Assembly: GCA_048939625.1 (NCBI GenBank)
Contig: JBHLPH010000040.1
Location: 1-12,157 of the forward strand
Origin: Promethearchaeota archaeon
GTDB lineage: Archaea > Asgardarchaeota > Hermodarchaeia > Hermodarchaeales > Hermodarchaeaceae
Direction: 5' to 3'
Length of the DNA: 12,157 nucleotides
A program made the position numbers and the translations under genes. Positions within the stretch are counted from its first letter, which is position 1. The number at the start of each line of letters is the position of its first letter. Shown here in pieces: positions 6,456-12,157 of this stretch. The notes beneath the pieces were generated by a model. That model saw only the letters and a program-made list of their open reading frames with translations. It was not told the DNA's origin and ran no database searches.

Positions 6456-6463
6456 TCACCTTC
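6456..6463 (-). promoter_or_regulatory. Shine-Dalgarno GAAGGTGA upstream of the proposed ATC start
   Basis: The minus strand reads GAAGGTGA-CTTATT-ATC-CCT. The same GGTGA precedes the starts at 7768 (-) and 11751 (+). Confidence 0.65.
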
Positions 6464-6530
6464 CAGCAAAGCGTAGGATATGATTTTTGAAATCTGTCAC
6501 CTGGCTTCAATCAACGTTTAGGAGGGCGGC

Positions 6531-6546
6531 AGAAAAAGGTTTTTGC
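6531..6546 (-). promoter_or_regulatory. Possible BRE/TATA-like promoter of the longin gene cluster
   Basis: The minus strand reads GCAAAAACCTTTTTCT (an A-run then a T-run) about 80-95 nt upstream of 6449. Confidence 0.3.
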
Positions 6547-6601
6547 ACGCACATAAGGGCAGTAAATTCATTCCGAGATACTGAACACATGTAACAGCTG
6601 A

Positions 6602-7768
6602 TTAGCGGTTCCTTCGTTTCCAAAACAGGATTGTTGCACCAACTATTCCTCCGAGTATAACAATTCCAACAGCCCACGGTACAATTTGATCGAAAGTGGA
6701 AGTAGGAAGGCTTGTAGGTTCTCCGATTATGGCGGGAAAGATGTATTCATCAAGGTAGGCATAATAGTCTTCTGACCCATATGGTGCAGCTCCAAAAACA
6801 AGAATGAGATCTTGATCGGGGAGCACAAAGAGCCGCATACCTCCTGCACCTCTCATTGAGTAACCGTTGATGGGAAGATCAATCCACCATTGATAGCCAT
6901 ATCCTTCGCCATATGGAAAAACGAAGTGGGGATTAGTGCATTCCTCGATCCATTCTGTCGGTAGCAGTTGCAGAGTATTCCAGCTGCCGTTATTCAAGTA
7001 GAGATAACCGAGTTTGGCTAAGTCGCGTAGAGTTAGGCTTAAGCCTGCCATTCCGGTGGTAACGCCTTGTGGATCTTCACCCCATTCATAAATGGAGATG
7101 CCTAGAGGTGTAAATAGTCGATTATATACGAGAGTCTCCATTGATACATGCATGGTTTCGGTAATAATTGCGGAGAGGAGATGGCTACAGCCGCCATTGT
7201 AATTCCAGAACTCACCTGGTTCATGGGACATTGGAGAATCGAGGAGATATTGTACCCAATCAGATGATGCACCCATCCCGAAATCACTCCGTTCAAAACC
7301 TGATGACATAGTAAGTAGATGCCAAATCGTCATGTTGGATTTTCGTGGATCAGGATTTTGGATTGTGCGATCGGGAAAATAGCTGAGTACAGAATCTTGA
7401 ATGCTGGTAACATATCCATCAGTTAATGCAAGCCCAAAAGCTGCTGCAGATACACTTTTCGTGATGGAATAGACTCGCCAGAGATGGTTGGCACTAATAC
7501 CAGGAGCATATCCTTCGTATAATAAGTAGCCATTACGAATTAGCAGAAAGCCTTGGACATTGTCTGAGAGGTGGATTGTCGCCCAAAATTCATCTAAGAG
7601 TGTTGAATTCATTCCCTGGACCTCTGGGATGACCCCCCGCCATCCCGATGTTGGCCAATAATCACGGAATGGGACTGAACTGCTAACTACGCTTGAATCA
7701 GTGTTTAAAGTAAAGGGTACAAGAATCAAAGGAAGTAATAGAAGACTCCAGGTTCTGTGATAGGGCAA
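6602..7768 (-). CDS. Serine hydrolase, beta-lactamase class C/AmpC-like family, with N-terminal signal and C-terminal membrane anchor
   Basis: SxxK (YSITKS), TIWHLLTMSSG, EPGEFWNYN, RDLAKLGYLYLNNGSW, GYGYQWW, GAGG; C-terminal TM followed by KRRNR. TTG 7768 after GAAGGTGA is preferred over 7804. Confidence 0.9.
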   Translation of the reverse strand: MPYHRTWSLLLLPLILVPFTLNTDSSVVSSSVPFRDYWPTSGWRGVIPEVQGMNSTLLDEFWATIHLSDNVQGFLLIRNGYLLYEGYAPGISANHLWRVYSITKSVSAAAFGLALTDGYVTSIQDSVLSYFPDRTIQNPDPRKSNMTIWHLLTMSSGFERSDFGMGASSDWVQYLLDSPMSHEPGEFWNYNGGCSHLLSAIITETMHVSMETLVYNRLFTPLGISIYEWGEDPQGVTTGMAGLSLTLRDLAKLGYLYLNNGSWNTLQLLPTEWIEECTNPHFVFPYGEGYGYQWWIDLPINGYSMRGAGGMRLFVLPDQDLILVFGAAPYGSEDYYAYLDEYIFPAIIGEPTSLPTSTFDQIVPWAVGIVILGGIVGATILFWKRRNR

Positions 7769-7772
7769 TTGT

Positions 7773-8738
7773 TCACCTTCTTCGCTGCTGAATATCAATG
7801 GCAAGAGTCACAATCATGACGATACTGAACACGCCTCCAATCAGAGCCAAGGAGCTGAGATACCATGATGATGGGATACCGGGTGAGGAGGCAATGAGCC
7901 AACATGATACCTTATAGAGAAAGTCCCATTCGGAGTCAGGATCATAGAGAGTCTGATAGGTTGGCCAGTGGGAAATATGGTCTGCATTTAATCCATCGCG
8001 ATCCGTTCCTTCCTCGAATTCTGGGTGAGGGCTCGAAAGACAGACCGTTCCTTGGCCATATCGGAATGCGATGACTCCGGGTAGCCCTGATTCTGCATAA
8101 GATAAAAGGGGAATGACTGGGGTATTGTCGTGGAATTCAAAATAGGAAGCGCCTGTAGTAAAGACCATATAGGACTCAGGTTCCTCTGACAAGTCTGGAC
8201 CGGTGGAAGCGCGATTTACACTCATTTCACTAACCGCTAGTTCGCCGTTGTGAGTATCATGGCATTGGACACCAATAGGGCCGAAATAGTGCAGGGTTGC
8301 ATCAATAATTCCTAACTGGATTACGGCAAATTCAGTGCCCCGACATACACTGAAGAGTGAGCCTCCTGTGGCGAGGAATTGTCGAATTCGTTCTTTTCCA
8401 AGCGGGGTTAAATCGCGTTCATAAGTGCTAGGTCCATGGGCGGGTAATACTAAGAGATCAAAGCGGTCCAGAGCCCCTTGTTGGATTTCAGTTGCCGAGA
8501 CGAGTTCAACGGAGGCGTTCATCCATTCAAACAAGTGAATACATGCGATGAAGCTGAAGTTGTCGAATCGTTGAACATTGTAGATGGCAACGCGAGCAGA
8601 AGCCATATCTTGTGACGTCTGGGCAACTGTGGTATTGAAATCGTAGTGTAAGAGAAGCGGAGGAGTAATTACCCCAATTAAGAGAATGCCGAGAATTAAA
8701 ATTCCTGTTCTACGGTATTTCAGAGACCTTGGATGCAC
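7773..8738 (-). CDS. BPL_N / class I glutamine amidotransferase-like domain protein, membrane anchored
   Basis: FDLLVLP, IRQFLATGGSLFSVCRG (nucleophile-elbow Cys), YGQGTVCLSSPHPE (His-Pro-Glu). It has an N-terminal hydrophobic helix and a C-terminal TM followed by QQRRR. Confidence 0.8.
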   Translation of the reverse strand: MHPRSLKYRRTGILILGILLIGVITPPLLLHYDFNTTVAQTSQDMASARVAIYNVQRFDNFSFIACIHLFEWMNASVELVSATEIQQGALDRFDLLVLPAHGPSTYERDLTPLGKERIRQFLATGGSLFSVCRGTEFAVIQLGIIDATLHYFGPIGVQCHDTHNGELAVSEMSVNRASTGPDLSEEPESYMVFTTGASYFEFHDNTPVIPLLSYAESGLPGVIAFRYGQGTVCLSSPHPEFEEGTDRDGLNADHISHWPTYQTLYDPDSEWDFLYKVSCWLIASSPGIPSSWYLSSLALIGGVFSIVMIVTLAIDIQQRRR

Positions 8739-8905
8739 TATTAGGAACCATCCTTTGATGCTGTTTCATTAGTTGAAACGCAGATGGTATAATTTATGGT
8801 CTTGGATACCGGCTAGGAGTGAAAATCTGAAAAAATGATATAGGAGCATGCTTTTTGCGAACCCGATGATTCATAAAACAGCGTAAAATCAGCCCGAACG
8901 TGTTA

Positions 8906-9487
8906 TTAAAACTCCGTAGCTAAAAGTCCAAAATATACAAGCCCATACCGTTCGCCTTTTTCGATTCGGGCTTCACGAAAATGACCTTCGCGTTTGAAAC
9001 CTAATCGCTCTGCTAATTTTATGCTGCGGTGATTGGTATCACGAGTGATTACAATGACTTTGTGAGCATGAAGATGGTGGAAGATGAAGTCAAGAGAGAG
9101 AAGAGCGGCTTCAGTTGCCAATCCTTTTCCTTGAGCGCCTTTATCCAGAAACCAGCCTAGCTCAAATGACGGAACATCCCACCTTTGAGGTTCAATCCAA
9201 AGCTCGCCAATATAGGAGAGAGGGGTATTAGTCCAGATGCCCATCACGAATCGTTTGCGTAAATCCCATTCCGCCGCATGTCTACGGACCTTTAGTTCTG
9301 CGGCTTCGACTGTCTGCAGAGTGGCGACTTCTTCTACATTTGGGAAAAGGAAGGCTCGATTGTCGTTTCGTTCTAAGAGAGCATAGATAGCGGTTCCATC
9401 ACCAGCACTGTATTTTCGAATTAAGAGCCGAGTTGTACTGAGTTTTTCAGGTAGGTCTAGGAGGAGGGGATCCATTTTCGTTCTCAT
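8906..9487 (-). CDS. GNAT acetyltransferase, RimJ/RimL family
   Basis: TTRLLIR, ELGWFLDKGAQGKGLATEA, NHRSIKLAERLGFKREG. Confidence 0.93.
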   Translation of the reverse strand: MRTKMDPLLLDLPEKLSTTRLLIRKYSAGDGTAIYALLERNDNRAFLFPNVEEVATLQTVEAAELKVRRHAAEWDLRKRFVMGIWTNTPLSYIGELWIEPQRWDVPSFELGWFLDKGAQGKGLATEAALLSLDFIFHHLHAHKVIVITRDTNHRSIKLAERLGFKREGHFREARIEKGERYGLVYFGLLATEF

Positions 9488-9498
9488 CTGAGTTTAGG

Positions 9499-9870
9499 TC
9501 ACTTCGCCGTTGAATCGTATTCCATTATACCTAAGAGGTTACCTTCAGTATCTTTGAAATACTGATAGTAACCCACACCAGGTATTGTAATTTTGTCACC
9601 AACAAGCGTGCCTTTGTGTGCTTTGATTAACTGCATATATTTGTCGATGTCATCCACACCAATCACGTTGACCGGGATGCCTTCAGGAAATTCCTCTCGT
9701 TTTCCAAATGACCCATTAATTCCAGGTTCAGACTCATCGCCAGTAATCAGGAACCAGTGATCGACTGGTCCAGGCCATTTCTCAACTTTCCAGCCAAAGA
9801 CCGTTTTGTAAAATATTGCAATGCGATCAACGTTATCTGCAGGGAGCTCAAAATCAATTACTCGTGGCAT
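9499..9870 (-). CDS. VOC / glyoxalase-bleomycin resistance family protein
   Basis: FELPADNVDR...FYKTVFGW, GING, VDDID, IPGVGYYQYFKDTEGNLLGIME. Confidence 0.93.
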   Translation of the reverse strand: MPRVIDFELPADNVDRIAIFYKTVFGWKVEKWPGPVDHWFLITGDESEPGINGSFGKREEFPEGIPVNVIGVDDIDKYMQLIKAHKGTLVGDKITIPGVGYYQYFKDTEGNLLGIMEYDSTAK

Positions 9871-10119
9871 CGTTAATCACGTCCAGTAAACAAACAGATA
9901 TTCCGTGTGGTCTCAGATTAGTGTGTATCGGTAGCGACCTATTCTGTATTCTATGGGTAACAGCGTTACATTCTTCGGTAAATGGTTTGAAGCTCCAATG
10001 GTTGTACAAGAAGTAGGGTATGATGAATAACTGATGATGGTGTAAAATGTAACTGGATCTTATCAGGAATGCATTTTAATATCGAGGAAAATAATCAACC
10101 CTTGTGGAGTGGTTGCATA

Positions 10120-10500
10120 ATGTCTGATGAGAAAGCCGCATCATCACTGCTTCGAATCGCAGCAATTCTCCAAATCCTTTTTGCTGGAATAATGCTTTTA
10201 GGTTTCTATAATATTCCTGTGGTAATCATTCTCCAATTCTTTATTGCTTTAGGAGTCTACACGATGTTACTAGGAATTAGTCTCCAAGTACTTACAATTA
10301 CAATGATGGTCGTAGGAATCTTGTTTGGCGGTCTTTGGTATCAGTGGCGTTATGACCCCAACGAACATAAAACAGGGATGATTGTGACTGGTATCCTAGG
10401 AGCATTATTAATTTGTGTGGTGCCGGGATTCCTTATTTTGGTTGCACGCGCCATTCTGCCTAGCGAGAATGGCAGAGCAAAGCGGGAAACAGTATGGTGA
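10120..10500 (+). CDS. Small integral membrane protein (about 4 TM)
   Basis: Four hydrophobic segments. ATG 10120 follows GGAGTGG and is preferred over 10069. Confidence 0.7.
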   Translation: MSDEKAASSLLRIAAILQILFAGIMLLGFYNIPVVIILQFFIALGVYTMLLGISLQVLTITMMVVGILFGGLWYQWRYDPNEHKTGMIVTGILGALLICVVPGFLILVARAILPSENGRAKRETVW

Positions 10501-10518
10501 AGAATGTAACTCGGTTTT

Positions 10519-11322
10519 CTAAGGAATATAACGATTATGAAGGGAAATTTTGCCAACCGGTGAAATATAGACCACGAATTCGTCGGTTCCATCAAGACCA
10601 AGAAGTTCATCGATTGCAGTCTGATCATACGCTGCAATGGCACAGGTGCCTGCTCCTATTGCTTCACAAGCAAGGTAGAGGTTTTGCCCGATATGTCCAG
10701 CTTCAATCGCTGTTCCCTTATGAGCAGCAACGCTATATCGCCATTCGATGCGATATGGAACTACTGCCCAAATGAAGATGGTCGCAGCACGGGCAACAAA
10801 TGTCTGTCGATGACATATCTCGCTGATTCGAGTACACAAGTCAGATTCTGTTAATGATATCCCCAAAAGTTTGTGTTCCAAAGCAAGATAGCGGTACAGA
10901 CCGGGCTTCAACCCTGTCACCTTTGAGACTGCCAAATAGGTTTCATAGGGATGACGTGACCCTCCAGAGGGAACAGTCCGTTTTGTGGTGTCGATTTTAC
11001 CATGCCGATTATCGATTGCCACTTCACGAATTCCTTGAGTGGTCCAAAGAAGAAAAGACAGTTCTTCCAGGGAGAGAGATTCGTTAATAAATCCTCGGCG
11101 ACTCTTGCGACGATTAATGACTTCAAGTAAAGGTATGGGAGGAATCGTAAAATCCTGAGGCGCCACCAAATCAATCAATTTAGCATTATCGGGGTATGAT
11201 TTCTGAAAAGGAGGTGGAGAAACCCCTCTTTCTTGGTCCGTCTGTATATCCGGACCTTGACTCCAATCGTAAGCCTTGAGAAATTGTCGACCAGCGGCAA
11301 TCATCTGTTTCACTGATTTCAT
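10519..11322 (-). CDS. SagB/ThcOx-family dehydrogenase (nitroreductase fold)
   Basis: INRRKSRR, LSLEELSFLLW..QG, RTVPSGGSRHPYETY, GLKPGLYRY...EHKL, EAGHIGQNLYLACEAIGAGTCAIAAYD. ATG 11322 is preferred over 11364. Confidence 0.93.
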   Translation of the reverse strand: MKSVKQMIAAGRQFLKAYDWSQGPDIQTDQERGVSPPPFQKSYPDNAKLIDLVAPQDFTIPPIPLLEVINRRKSRRGFINESLSLEELSFLLWTTQGIREVAIDNRHGKIDTTKRTVPSGGSRHPYETYLAVSKVTGLKPGLYRYLALEHKLLGISLTESDLCTRISEICHRQTFVARAATIFIWAVVPYRIEWRYSVAAHKGTAIEAGHIGQNLYLACEAIGAGTCAIAAYDQTAIDELLGLDGTDEFVVYISPVGKISLHNRYIP

Positions 11323-11393
11323 AAGGACTTCATGGAGAAGATAAGATAAATAATGATTACCCAAGAGATTGATGGTAAGGAGTCAAGGGTATA

Positions 11394-11663
11394 ATGATTC
11401 CATTTTCGGATGTCTGGCAACGAATAATTCTCAATGGGGGAAAAGTGTTCTACACAAAAAGAGGATTGAAATTCAAGTATCGTGTCCAAAACGATTTGCT
11501 ACGCATCGATAGAGTGGATTACCATTTGACCCGTAAGGACATCATGTCAGCATTTCGTCATGTTCCCTTGGGCGGCCCGGGAGAACTAACCGGACTGGTT
11601 CGTGGACAGGGCTATATCTGGGCCATTTTACATGACAAACGTATTCGTCTCACTGACTGGTAA
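11394..11663 (+). CDS. Conserved hypothetical small basic protein (89 aa)
   Basis: Compact ORF with AAGGAG upstream. The pattern FYTKRGLKFKY...GPG...VRGQGYIWAILHDKRI looks like a recurrent prokaryotic hypothetical family of unknown function. Confidence 0.75.
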   Translation: MIPFSDVWQRIILNGGKVFYTKRGLKFKYRVQNDLLRIDRVDYHLTRKDIMSAFRHVPLGGPGELTGLVRGQGYIWAILHDKRIRLTDW

Positions 11664-11750
11664 CTGAAAGCCTATCCTCAGATAATAGTATCAAGCTGTT
11701 GTGACAGCGTTTTTATCCTTTCATAAGTCAATGGTGGATAGGTGAGCCTG

Positions 11751-12157
11751 ATGGGACTTGTTCGAACACCTGAAGAACTCAAACAAAGGACTCAGCACTT
11801 CGCTCAAGGAGTGTTAATCGGTGATGTTAAGATGGTTTTTGCCCGATTCCGAACTGATCCGAATATTGTGAACCAGCTCTTACCTCCCCCCCTTGAACCT
11901 GGACCTAAGCCCCTAGGATTTGTCTATGTCGCCGAGTTCGAAAACCCCAACTTCTGCCAGCCATATAATGAAGCTGGCGTCTTCTTAGATGCCCAATACA
12001 AAAACGCGATTGGTAACTATTGCCTTTCCATGCCTGTCACTGTGGACTCGCCATTGTGGCAGGGCAGAGAAACCCAAGGCTATCCGAAAAAAATCGCTGA
12101 ATTCATTGCAGTTGAAGAACGAGGTAATTATGTAACCGGCAATTGTATTCGACGCGG
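11751..12157 (+). CDS. Acetoacetate decarboxylase family protein (runs off the right edge; absent from the ORF track)
   Basis: Manual translation: MGLVRTPEEL...FRTDPNIVNQLLPPPLEP...PYNEAGVF...GNYCLSMPV...GRETQGYPKKIA. The LLPPPL and GRExxGYPKK (Schiff-base Lys) motifs are present, with RBS GGTGA at 11741-11745. Confidence 0.9.
   Translation, partial: MGLVRTPEELKQRTQHFAQGVLIGDVKMVFARFRTDPNIVNQLLPPPLEPGPKPLGFVYVAEFENPNFCQPYNEAGVFLDAQYKNAIGNYCLSMPVTVDSPLWQGRETQGYPKKIAEFIAVEERGNYVTGNCIRR

Noticed and set aside
6602-7768. True antibiotic-resistance beta-lactamase
   Set aside because: The motifs only place it in the broad AmpC-like serine hydrolase family; the substrate cannot be inferred.
10020-10056. 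ATGATGA...CTGA-TGATGG...CTGG resembling a C/D box sRNA
   Set aside because: The first guide is only 4 nt and the C' and D boxes are both mismatched, so support is insufficient without an Infernal/snoscan hit.
61-11174. Remaining short ORFs in the six-frame track (e.g. 61-270, 663-926, 736-1101, 4948-5232, 5990-6331, 10350-10643)
   Set aside because: They are alternative-frame or antisense overlaps of well-supported genes and carry no motifs.
10519-11322. SagB-type dehydrogenase as a sign of a thiazole/oxazole RiPP cluster
   Set aside because: No YcaO, E1-like or precursor-peptide gene is in the window, and stand-alone SagB-family nitroreductases are common in archaea.

Overview
Archaeal chromosomal window. 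An Asgard-type origin is inferred from the longin/uDENN-like proteins and an Arf-like GTPase sitting beside archaeal-type ligase, SSB and RNase HII genes. The left part (1-2789) is housekeeping: 5' part of an ATP-dependent DNA ligase, single-OB SSB, DedA protein, a small hypothetical and RNase HII. The centre (2810-6449, minus strand) is the most interesting part, with three co-oriented genes that each begin with a longin-like domain. The first is a uDENN/longin-like + Cys4 + TFB/TFIIB-cyclin fusion whose true start appears to be a non-canonical ATC at 6449, 25 codons upstream of the ORF call. The second is a longin + Arf-like small GTPase fusion. The third is a paralogous uDENN/longin-like protein with two winged-helix-like repeats and a long E/K/R single-alpha-helix tail. 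Together they suggest a GTPase-GAP/GEF module wired to a basal transcription factor domain. The right part (6602-12157) holds accessory genes: a membrane-anchored serine hydrolase and BPL_N/GATase-like protein, GNAT, VOC, a membrane protein, a SagB-type nitroreductase, a conserved hypothetical and the 5' part of an acetoacetate decarboxylase-family gene. No rRNA, tRNA, CRISPR or mobile element was seen. All domain calls are by eye from motifs; no database search was run.
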